Shown in pieces: positions 17,104 to 24,262 of a stretch of DNA of 32,000 bases. A model generated the notes under the pieces. It worked only from the letters and a program-made list of their open reading frames with translations, did not search any database and was not told the origin of the DNA. The position numbers and the translations under genes are program-made. The stretch's first letter is position 1; each line of letters starts with the position of its first letter. Source of the stretch: Aeropyrum pernix K1 (GTDB taxonomy: Archaea > Thermoproteota > Thermoprotei_A > Sulfolobales > Acidilobaceae); contig NC_000854.2 in the NCBI RefSeq assembly GCF_000011125.1, positions 1,470,001 through 1,502,000 of the forward strand, in the 5' to 3' direction.

Positions 17104-17123
17104 TTACCACTGTTAAGTGGTAA
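17104..17123. repeat. Perfect 8-bp inverted repeat TTACCACT-GTTA-AGTGGTAA
   Basis: Read directly from the sequence. It starts 7 nt after the stop of the 16624-17097 ORF and lies about 80 nt upstream of the atpK ATG. It is an AT-rich palindrome in GC-rich DNA. Confidence 0.6.
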
Positions 17124-17203
17124 AAACAGGGTTTCCCGCCTGCTGGAGGGGGAAGAGGATATCAGCCCTCCGTCAGGCCGTGTACCATTCGGTGCAACAG
17201 GCT

Positions 17204-17512
17204 ATGAAGACCCTGGTTAGGACCCTAATGCTCCTCGGCCTCGTAGCCCTGGCTCTATCCTCATACACAGCTGCGGCGCAGGAGGGTGAAGCCTCTCTGG
17301 AGTTCGCGGCCAAGGCCATAGGAGCAGGCCTGGCAGTAGGCCTCGCGGGGATAGGCGGCGGCTATGCCGTGGGTGTTGCAGGAGCGGCAGCCACAAGCAG
17401 TATAACTGAGAAGCCGGAAATGTTCGGTAGATCCCTGCTGTTCGTAGTGCTGGGCGAGGGAATAGCTATATACGGCCTGCTAATAGCCCTGCTGCTCCTA
17501 CTCGTAGTCTAG
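17204..17512 (+). CDS. atpK: A-type ATP synthase subunit K (proteolipid c subunit)
   Basis: It has [21 protein letters not shown] and a second helix carrying the carboxylate, [19 protein letters not shown] chose ATG at 17204 rather than the upstream track start at 17117. The gene is not adjacent to other atp genes. Confidence 0.85.
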   Translation: MKTLVRTLMLLGLVALALSSYTAAAQEGEASLEFAAKAIGAGLAVGLAGIGGGYAVGVAGAAATSSITEKPEMFGRSLLFVVLGEGIAIYGLLIALLLLLVV

Positions 17513-17591
17513 CCCAGCCGCCGCACCACACCTCTCTATTTCTTTTAAGCTTTAACTAGCCAATGCAACCCTCCCGTTTCTTGGGGGATGA

Positions 17592-19049
17592 GTGCTGGGG
17601 CCTCCATCCCGGGAGAAGTGGTCGAGCGACTTTCCCAGATGGTTCGACTGGGTTATCGAGACTGCGGAAGTCTACGACTATGGCCGGTACCCCGTGAAGG
17701 GCATGGGCGTCTGGATGCCGTACGGCTTCCAGATAAGGCGGAGGGTGCTGGAGGTTGTAAGGGGGCTTTTGGACTCCACCGGCCATGAGGAGGTCCTCTT
17801 CCCACTCCTCATACCGGAGCATCTTCTGAGGAGGGAGAGCGAGCATATCAGAGGGTTCGAGGGGGAGGTTTACTGGGTTACACATGGAGGGAGAGAGGAG
17901 CTGGACGTCAAGCTGGCGCTGAGGCCGACTAGCGAGACCAGCATAACGTACATGGAGACGTTCTGGATAAAGAGCTACAGGCAGCTGCCCAAGAAGTATT
18001 ACCAGGTCGTGAGCATATTCAGGTATGAGACCAAGGCCACTAGGCCTATGATAAGGCTCAGGGAGGTAACAACCTTCAAGGAGGCCCACACAGTACACGA
18101 GAGCTTCGAAGACGCGGAACGCCAGGTCCTGGAGGCCATAGAGGTTTACAAGGCGATATTCGACAGGCTGCTAATACCCTACGTCATATCCAAGAGGCCG
18201 GAGTGGGACAAGTTCGCCGGCGCCCTCTACACTATAGCCTTCGACACCATCATGCCAGACGGGAGGGCTCTACAAATAGGCACCGTACACCACCTAGGCC
18301 AGAGCTTCACAAGGGCTTTCGACTTTAGGATCCAGATGCGGGACGAACGCCTGGACCACCCCTGGCAGACCAGCTACGGTGTGAGCGACAGGGTGGTCGC
18401 CAGCCTGATAGCAGTGCACGGGGACGACAGAGGCCTTGTCATACCCCCCTCAGTAGCACCCATACAGGTCGTCGTCATACCTATAACACCGGGTGACGAG
18501 GAGAAGCGCGGGAAGGTCCTAACCTATACAGCTAAGGCGGCCGAGGCGCTTGAGAAGGCTGGCCTCAGGGTGCATGTGGACGACAGGGAGTGGGAGAGGC
18601 CTGGCGCCAAGTTCTACTACTGGGAGGCAAAGGGTGTTCCCATCAGGGTGGAGATAGGCCTCAGAGAGGCGGAGCAGGACACCCTGACAATAGCTAGGAG
18701 AGACACCCTTGAGAAGACCGAGGTGCCGCTGGGTGAGGCCGGGAATAGGATAAGAGAGCTTATGGCGCAGATAGAGTCGAGCATGAGGGAGAGGGCCAAA
18801 AGCTTCTTCGGCGAGAGGCTACTCAGGACTGAGAGCCTCGAGGAGGCGAGGGATTGGGTAGAGGGCCGCAGGGGTATAGCGGAGATCCCGTGGTGCGGTA
18901 GGGAGAGCTGCGGGTTGGAGATGGAAGAGAGGGTAAACGGAAAAGTGCTTGGAACCCCCTGGCCGGAGGAGCCTGTGGAGGAGGGTAAACGCTGTCCCCT
19001 CTGCGGCCGGCCCGCCGTGGCGTGGATAAGGCTGGCCAAAACCTACTAG
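17592..19049 (+). CDS. proS: Prolyl-tRNA synthetase (archaeal/eukaryal type)
   Basis: 485 aa. It has class II motifs ([34 protein letters not shown]) and a C-terminal Zn-binding Cys cluster. Confidence 0.92.
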   Translation: MLGPPSREKWSSDFPRWFDWVIETAEVYDYGRYPVKGMGVWMPYGFQIRRRVLEVVRGLLDSTGHEEVLFPLLIPEHLLRRESEHIRGFEGEVYWVTHGGREELDVKLALRPTSETSITYMETFWIKSYRQLPKKYYQVVSIFRYETKATRPMIRLREVTTFKEAHTVHESFEDAERQVLEAIEVYKAIFDRLLIPYVISKRPEWDKFAGALYTIAFDTIMPDGRALQIGTVHHLGQSFTRAFDFRIQMRDERLDHPWQTSYGVSDRVVASLIAVHGDDRGLVIPPSVAPIQVVVIPITPGDEEKRGKVLTYTAKAAEALEKAGLRVHVDDREWERPGAKFYYWEAKGVPIRVEIGLREAEQDTLTIARRDTLEKTEVPLGEAGNRIRELMAQIESSMRERAKSFFGERLLRTESLEEARDWVEGRRGIAEIPWCGRESCGLEMEERVNGKVLGTPWPEEPVEEGKRCPLCGRPAVAWIRLAKTY

Positions 19050-19062
19050 ACGGGGGGTGTAG

Positions 19063-19072
19063 ATATAAATAA
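19063..19072 (+). promoter_or_regulatory. TATA box ATATAAATAA for rps26e
   Basis: This is a strong box A-like element. Its 3' end is 43 nt upstream of the rps26e ATG at 19115. Confidence 0.5.
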
Positions 19073-19114
19073 GCTTTTCTGCAACAAACCCCTAAGCGAG
19101 GGTGGATGTAGAGG

Positions 19115-19402
19115 ATGCCAAAGAAGAGGGAGAGTAGGGGTCGAAGGAAGGGGGCGAAGGGAAAGGCAGGGACAGTCCAGTGCGACAACTGCGGCAGGGT
19201 GGTGCCGGCTGATAAGGCTATATGCGTCACAAGGATGTACAGCCCTGTTGACCCGCAGCTTGCTGAGGAGCTAGAGAAGAAGGGCGCCATAATAATGAGG
19301 TATCCTGTTACAAAGTGCTACTGCGTTAGCTGCGCCGTACACTACGGAATAGTGAAGATAAGGCCTGAAGAGCAGAGGAAGCCCAAGGGCTTCCAGCTGT
19401 GA
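19115..19402 (+). CDS. rps26e: 30S ribosomal protein S26e
   Basis: 95 aa. MPKKRESRGRRKG...VQCDNCGRVVPADKAI...CVSCAVH is the eS26 signature. Confidence 0.92.
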   Translation: MPKKRESRGRRKGAKGKAGTVQCDNCGRVVPADKAICVTRMYSPVDPQLAEELEKKGAIIMRYPVTKCYCVSCAVHYGIVKIRPEEQRKPKGFQL

Positions 19403-19507
19403 ACCCACACGCCCACTTGGGGCGCGCCGTAAAACCCGGTTTTAAATAGTGGTCCCCTGGCAGTCGGACACACGGGTCCACAGCCCGTTTTCAAGGGTTC
19501 GAGTGGT

Positions 19508-19990
19508 ATGGAGCTGGTAGATGCTCTCTGGCATCTCAACGTTATATCGTCGCGCATCCAGAGATCAGGCTCCGACTTCATACTCTCCGGGCCCATGAAC
19601 CTGTGGTTACAGGGTTTCAAGGTTAGGCCGAAGCCCTACTTTGTCGTCGTGACGAGTAGGGAGTACAGCGGGAGGATTGTCGAGGTCCTCAGCATAGGAG
19701 CAAGGAGGAGGGGCTGGGAGGAGTGGTGGAACGGTGTTAAAAGGGGTCTCGAGGCCAGGCTCAACCTTAGGGGGGCCGAGATAGCGGTGGTTGCTGACCC
19801 GGAGATGGCTGTGGGAGAGGCTATAGTAGGGTATAGGGCCTCCGATCTGGCGAGGGAGTCGAGCATGCTTATAGTCGGCGGGATGGTCGTGAGGCTCGCG
19901 CCCCTCCACTTCGAGGCTAGCCTCTACGAGGCTCTGGGTGGTAAGGCGCCTTGGCGGGTAGAAGGGCTTGGAGGAATAGCGAGGAGATAG
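19508..19990 (+). CDS. Hypothetical protein, possibly a degenerate nucleotidyltransferase-fold protein
   Basis: 160 aa. FILSGPMNLWLQGFKVRPKPYFVVVT resembles the h-h-G-G-x-A...G..R.T.D.D strand-helix of minimal NTases, but it lacks the catalytic Asp pair. This is weak pattern-level evidence. Confidence 0.45.
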   Translation: MELVDALWHLNVISSRIQRSGSDFILSGPMNLWLQGFKVRPKPYFVVVTSREYSGRIVEVLSIGARRRGWEEWWNGVKRGLEARLNLRGAEIAVVADPEMAVGEAIVGYRASDLARESSMLIVGGMVVRLAPLHFEASLYEALGGKAPWRVEGLGGIARR

Positions 19991-20592
19991 CTGCACGTAT
20001 ACTAGAGAAGTCGGGCTTTAGGGTTCTAGACTTCCACGTGCCCATAGAAGACGGGGGAGTGGAGGTAGGGGAGATAGACATTGTTGCGGAGAAGGGGGGT
20101 TCTAGATACTCAGTCGAGGTAAAAGCCGGGATGGCTGATATCAACGCCGTTAGACAGGCGTACGTAAACAGCCTGATTTCCGGGATGAAGCCCATGATAG
20201 TTGCCAGGGGGGCCGACGAGGCGGCTAGAAAACTCGCCGAGAAGCTGGGCGTGGAGCTCATCGTCCTACCCGACGTCGTTGTATCGTCCACAGACGACTT
20301 GAAGGAGATAGTAGAGGAGGCCGTGGACCAAGCCATACTCTCCCTACTAGAACCCCTCTCACACTGCGAAAACCTGGAGCCCGAGGACCTCGAGGTTCTC
20401 GAGGCCATAGCGAAAGCCAAGAGCTTTAGGGAAGCGGCTAGTAAACTGGGAACAGCGGTGGAGGAGCTGGCGGCTAGGGTTGACAGGCTCAAGAGGGCTG
20501 GCGTCCTCCCCCGGTCTTCATACAAGAGGATGAGGGCTGCGGCAATCATAGTTCTGGCGGGCTGCAGACTACTAGCCGGGAATAGGGGCTAG
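19951..20592 (+). CDS. PD-(D/E)xK nuclease-fold protein (YraN/Hjc-like N-domain) fused to a C-terminal HTH domain
   Basis: 213 aa with a TTG start. EEIAARILEKSGFRVL...VGEIDIVAEKGGSRYSVEVKAG matches the YraN/UPF0102-type GEIDxIA...VEVK core. The C-terminal EVLEAIAKAKSFREAASKLGTAVEELAARVDRLKRAGVL looks like an HTH. It overlaps the upstream ORF by 40 nt. Confidence 0.6.
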   Translation: MAGRRAWRNSEEIAARILEKSGFRVLDFHVPIEDGGVEVGEIDIVAEKGGSRYSVEVKAGMADINAVRQAYVNSLISGMKPMIVARGADEAARKLAEKLGVELIVLPDVVVSSTDDLKEIVEEAVDQAILSLLEPLSHCENLEPEDLEVLEAIAKAKSFREAASKLGTAVEELAARVDRLKRAGVLPRSSYKRMRAAAIIVLAGCRLLAGNRG

Positions 20593-20740
20593 CATGTGGG
20601 GTGGGTAAGAGCCTGTACCCCGCCCCTGACACCCGCTCTCACGCACACGCCATCCAGCGGCGGCCTCGAGCGGGCTCTCTACAGCGGGGCCGTTAAAAGT
20701 GTATGGCCAGCCGCGGGTGATATAACATACACCGGCTGTC

Positions 20741-20950
20741 CTATGCAACTCCTCTCCTTCTCGCCTCCCGTCTGAGATGCTCTAGAACCCAGTACGGGTC
20801 CCCATCATACATTTCTTCAAGCCTGTCTATAGCGTCCATCCACCTTCTGCCGTAGAGCTTTTTCGCTAGGGCAATAGTCTCCTCCAGAACCTTCTTCGCC
20901 TCGTCGATCCCTTCCAAGACTCGTAACCCCATACCTATCCTGGCAGCCAC
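20741..20950 (-). CDS. Small hypothetical protein (69 aa) downstream of NMD3
   Basis: The ORF has coding-like composition, lies 27 nt after the NMD3 stop on the same strand, and looks helical and charged. I recognise no family. Confidence 0.4.
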   Translation of the reverse strand: MAARIGMGLRVLEGIDEAKKVLEETIALAKKLYGRRWMDAIDRLEEMYDGDPYWVLEHLRREARRRGVA

Positions 20951-20977
20951 TATGGCTTTTTACCTCCCGGAGGCTTT

Positions 20978-21706
20978 TTACTCTCCCCTTTCACCCGTGA
21001 GGCCTTCCAGCCTAACTAGAATTGTCTTTCTAGACCTCCTCCTCCCGAGGCTACTGGTCCCCACGTGCTCGTGCTCCACCCTCGACACCCTAACACGGGC
21101 TGTTGAGGCTAGCCTTGAGACGAACCTCGCTGCTGCCCCCCGGTGGTGGAAGTAGACGTCTACACCACCCCTAACAGGTACGACGTCTATCGGGGCCTCC
21201 CTGGGATCCAAGGAATTTAGTGTCTTCTCCACCGCCTCCCCAGCCCTATACCCCCTGACCTGTACCAGCGTGTCGTATTCGCCGCTCCGCCTAACAATGC
21301 AGAGAGGGCAGGTCGAGGGGTTGAGCCTGAGAACGATCACCCTGGAAACCCTGAAGAGCGTGTCACGGTAGTTCGCCCTGAAGCGGAGCCTCACCCTAGT
21401 CCTCCAGTCCAGCCTTGTCTCGAGAGCCCAGTCCTCCAGCTCTACCCTTTCAACTGGGTGAACAGGCTTGAGTGACATGCTAGAAAGCATCAGGCCCACC
21501 GCCTCCTCGGCTGTAGCGTACTCCAGCCACTTATGACCAATCCTAACCCTTCCGCATGATGTACACACGTCTACAACAAGCTCCCAGGGCAGACCCTCCA
21601 CTACCCCGTACCTCCTGTCGAAACACTCGGGGCAGAGGCCACGGAGCAGCACCTCGCTGCCTCTACCGCAGCTTGCACAGGTCCTCACGCGGCCCAAGGC
21701 CAACAC
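20978..21706 (-). CDS. NMD3-family protein (archaeal homolog of the 60S export adaptor)
   Basis: It has paired Zn-ribbon motifs, CASCGRGSEVLLRGLCPEC and CTSCGRVRIGHKW, followed by the NMD3 core. The track ORF extends to 22093, but those 129 aa are R/P/T/N-rich low complexity. Candidate starts are GTG 21706, TTG 21703 or 21697, and GTG 21688. Confidence 0.75.
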   Translation of the reverse strand: MLALGRVRTCASCGRGSEVLLRGLCPECFDRRYGVVEGLPWELVVDVCTSCGRVRIGHKWLEYATAEEAVGLMLSSMSLKPVHPVERVELEDWALETRLDWRTRVRLRFRANYRDTLFRVSRVIVLRLNPSTCPLCIVRRSGEYDTLVQVRGYRAGEAVEKTLNSLDPREAPIDVVPVRGGVDVYFHHRGAAARFVSRLASTARVRVSRVEHEHVGTSSLGRRRSRKTILVRLEGLTGERGE

Positions 21707-22020
21707 CCTCTGGCACTGGAGGGCAGTCCGGGGGGTTCTGGCGGCATGTTCACGCTCTTTAGGCCCGGAACGCGACGTTAGCCTTCGAGTGGGTTGTCCT
21801 TGCCGGGTGTTAGGGGCCGGAGCCCAGTTATAGATTTTCTCGTGTCTATGGGATATGTCTTGCTCGCATGCAGATCGGCGGCGGTTTGCACCCTCTACAA
21901 CCCGCGGGGCCGGGGTGGCAGGCTCGCGGTTCCGATGGACTGGCCGGGCGAGGTTAAACCCGTGTCCGGTGCTGGCATTGCTGGTGGTGGCGAGGTCCTC
22001 AGCCCCAACAACCTTAGCCC
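21700..22020 (-). ncRNA. Candidate structured RNA, best guess RNase P RNA (boundaries approximate)
   Basis: There is no credible ORF here. Minus-strand motifs occur in RNase P RNA order: CAGUCC(AUC)GG (21942-21932), AGAGGGUGCAAACCGCCGCCGAU (21896-21874), ACACCCGGCAAGGACAACCC (21810-21791) and CAGAACCCCCCGGACUG (21740-21724). CAGUCC..GG can pair with CCGGACUG in a P4-like helix. CCAGCACC (21975-21968) can pair with GGUGUUGG (21707-21700), and its G:U pair is valid only on the minus sense. The canonical GGAAAGUCC is not intact, so the call is tentative. Confidence 0.3.
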
Positions 22021-22303
22021 GGGAGGGGAAGGTGTTAGGGGATCGTGGGTTGTCGTGTCGGAGCCGGGTGTGAGGGGGTTGGTTGAGGCTCATGTGAAAG
22101 GCGTTGTAGAGGCTTCTTCGCCGAGGCTCATCTACGCTGTCAAGGTGTACACAATCCCGTCTCTAGAGGCAGCCAGGATTCTAAGGGAGACGGGTGCTCC
22201 CCTGAGCCTCCCCTGCGGCCGTCTATGGAGGAGGCTCCCACAGACCCTACCTTGCGGCGGCGACCCTGCTGCCGCAAGCCTGTCGAGCTAGGGGTACCTC
22301 GAC
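22003..22303. repeat. Array of six consecutive stem-loops (inverted repeats) plus a duplicated 9-mer GAGGCTCAT
   Basis: The stems were read directly from the sequence. They are 22003-22041 (about 15 bp, irregular, GGGA/UCCC loop); GTAGA/TCTAC 22106-22135; CCCGTCTC/GAGACGGG 22156-22194; GAGCCTCC/GGAGGCTC 22204-22237; CTTGCGGC/GCCGCAAG 22251-22278; and GTCGAG/CTCGAC 22282-22303, which spans the FAU-1 stop. GAGGCTCAT occurs at 22085-22093 and 22123-22131. Confidence 0.6.
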
Positions 22304-23703
22304 TGGAGCAGGCCCGAGGCCCTCTCAGCCTGCCTCGCCGCTTCTTCGCACAGCCTATCGGTAAGCAGTCCCGACCTGCATGCCTTCTCAAGCTCACCCT
22401 GGTCTATCGTCTCAGGCTCCTCCCCCGGCCTCTTCACAACATCCACCAGCAGATCGAGGTATTTCAACCCCTGGAAGCCCACCTCCGGGGGGGTGTTTAT
22501 GTTTGCATACACGCCTAGCAGCCTGCCACTCTTGTCGTAGTACTCGTGGATGGTGAGCCAGTCTCCCATGTAAACATGTGTCACACCCCTGTCTCCGGGA
22601 CGCCTCTCTAGCCCAAGCCCGTCGTAGACGCCTGGGCTTCTGAACGTCCTCTCCAGGACAATCTCTCCCCCACGCCCAGAGGAGGGTCGGTATGAAGACA
22701 CCCTGAATGGCCCCAGCCTGATGGTCTCGCCGTCCGGCCTCCTATGGAGCACAACGGCCGTCCGGCCCACAAGCCTGGATGATATGAACCTCACTATAAG
22801 GTCGCCAGCCTCACCACCCCAAAGCCCCTCCCTAACACCCTCCTCGGCGAAATCTGTCAGTAGACCCTCGGCCTCGCTGCTCCAGCTCTTGAGGCTATGA
22901 TGATTGTTGACGGTGGGGTACAAGCTGGTCCGCAGACCGTCCATCACATGCTTGGCGGTACTGGGAAGGTAGACTAGGGAAAGGTATTCCCCCCGGGACA
23001 ATACGGCGGGCTCCCCGCCCGGGCCTTCCCTCCACAGCCTCTCGGCCTCCCTGGCCAGCCTCCTTATCTCGTCGGATATATCACCCTCGCTAGCCAGCCT
23101 CGCCCCGCTCCTAATGTGCACGGAGAACTGGTTAAGGTCTATCCCGCTCGCCTCAACAGCCTTCAGAGCCTTCGCAGCATCCTCGCTAGTGAGGTGCCTG
23201 CTAATCCTGACCCCGGAGCCGGGGTGCATAACCCTCACAGTAAGACCAGTCAGCTCAACTCCCACCCGCCCCTCAACAACATCGCTCCCCGGAGGACTCC
23301 TAACCACTGTAACCCTAACCATGCTGCCTGGCTGAGGGCACTCACCCCCCTTCACTATTATCAAAACCCCGCCCGGCCCCTCAGCCCTGCATCCCTCCGC
23401 AGCACGCGCGTCTACAACGCTCCTAAGGCCGAGTAGACTCCTCCTCACAGCGGCGTGGCCAACCTCCTCCAGCAGATCGGCCTCAAACCTCTCCCCGGCC
23501 TCGTAGGGGAACGCGTGTATGACTATCTCATCCCTACTCTCCTCGCCGTGTTTAACCGTTATGTTGGGTGGCCTAGTGGAGACGGGCACTTCAACCCGGC
23601 TAAGCATGGTCTTGCTGAGGTCAGACAACAGATAGCCCTTCTTCAGGGCGAGGGCTACTAACGCAGTGGCATATATCCCCCTAACCCTCACGGCGTAAAG
23701 CAA
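22288..23703 (-). CDS. FAU-1-like RNA-binding protein / probable RNase E/G-like ribonuclease with a C-terminal DUF402 domain
   Basis: 471 aa. The N-terminus VRVRGIYATALVALALKKGY matches the FAU-1 family start (RGIYATAL). The C-terminal YLDLLVDVV...IDQGELEKACRSGLLT matches the DUF402 pattern. The start is TTG at 23703 or GTG at 23691. Confidence 0.7.
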   Translation of the reverse strand: MLYAVRVRGIYATALVALALKKGYLLSDLSKTMLSRVEVPVSTRPPNITVKHGEESRDEIVIHAFPYEAGERFEADLLEEVGHAAVRRSLLGLRSVVDARAAEGCRAEGPGGVLIIVKGGECPQPGSMVRVTVVRSPPGSDVVEGRVGVELTGLTVRVMHPGSGVRISRHLTSEDAAKALKAVEASGIDLNQFSVHIRSGARLASEGDISDEIRRLAREAERLWREGPGGEPAVLSRGEYLSLVYLPSTAKHVMDGLRTSLYPTVNNHHSLKSWSSEAEGLLTDFAEEGVREGLWGGEAGDLIVRFISSRLVGRTAVVLHRRPDGETIRLGPFRVSSYRPSSGRGGEIVLERTFRSPGVYDGLGLERRPGDRGVTHVYMGDWLTIHEYYDKSGRLLGVYANINTPPEVGFQGLKYLDLLVDVVKRPGEEPETIDQGELEKACRSGLLTDRLCEEAARQAERASGLLQSRYP

Positions 23704-23769
23704 CCGGACGCAGACACCCCCACAGGCTGTAGGAGGGGTGTGAGGACCCGGGCCTGCAGGGCTTCCCGG

Positions 23770-24045
23770 CTAGTCTCTGACCGTCTCTAGTATGGTTATG
23801 ACCTGCCATATCCTCGTTCTAGCGTAGAACGGCATGTTAGGGTCCTGACTGACCTCCTCCAGCGCGCTTATAGCGTTCGCCGCCCTCACGGCCGGGGATA
23901 AGCGGGGGTCTCTCAGGTGGGTTAGGGCGTTGGCGGCGGCCCTCCTTATGTTACGCGGCACCCCCGTATCGTTTATAATCGTCACGAGTATGCTCATGGC
24001 GAGCTTTATCTTGCCCTCGTTGTCGGCCGGCAGGTTCATAGCCAC
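23770..24045 (-). CDS. UPF0147 family protein
   Basis: 91 aa. [16 protein letters not shown]...[35 protein letters not shown] matches the archaeal UPF0147 signature ([18 protein letters not shown]). Confidence 0.7.
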   Translation of the reverse strand: MAMNLPADNEGKIKLAMSILVTIINDTGVPRNIRRAAANALTHLRDPRLSPAVRAANAISALEEVSQDPNMPFYARTRIWQVITILETVRD

Positions 24046-24262
24046 TATCTTCCACCTGAGATTATATTGTAGGTTCAGCTTGAAGGCTTAATATGGTGTA
24101 CCACCCGAGTATACTCTCCATTCCCACCTGCAAGCCCCCGATTCTAGGGTCTCAACCTTTATAATCCCCAGGGAGCCTAGTAGAGGTTCAAGGAGAGCGC
24201 GGAGGATATAGGGCTCTGTCATTGTGGAGTGCCATGTGTGTGCGAGGGTGCGTGGTTAAACC

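Noticed and set aside
17556-18098. Minus-strand ORF of 180 aa antisense to proS, with similar antisense ORFs (4116..4520, 5674..6207, 13250..13713, 13723..14262, 14192..14743, 18617..19290, 19917..20549, 24446..25036, 31313..31921)
   Set aside because: All lie inside strongly supported genes on the opposite strand and have low-complexity, Pro/Ser/Arg/Leu-rich translations. Such ORFs are typical of GC-rich antisense frames.
21707-22093. N-terminal 129 aa of track ORF 20978..22093, a possible NMD3 extension
   Set aside because: It is R/P/T/N-rich low complexity with no resemblance to NMD3, which normally starts at its first Cys-x2-Cys ribbon. The region is better explained as structured non-coding RNA.
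21707-22287. SRP (7S) RNA as the identity of the structured gap
   Set aside because: Neither strand contains the highly conserved archaeal helix 8 core, a GGAA tetraloop followed by GGGAGCA, as I recall it. The only GNRA-type loop (GGGA at 22021-22024) is not followed by an AGCA-type symmetric loop.
21794-22291. Plus-strand ORF of 165 aa in the FAU-1/NMD3 gap
   Set aside because: Part of it looks mildly protein-like, with G-rich first codon positions and the segment LVEAHVKGVVEASSPRLIYAVKVY. However, it is threaded through five perfect hairpins, and the GAGGCTCAT repeat falls in two different frames. It would also be antisense to the flanking operon, and Ile is coded by ATT/ATC rather than the ATA that dominates in clear genes. 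It stays flagged in the findings as something proteomics could overturn.
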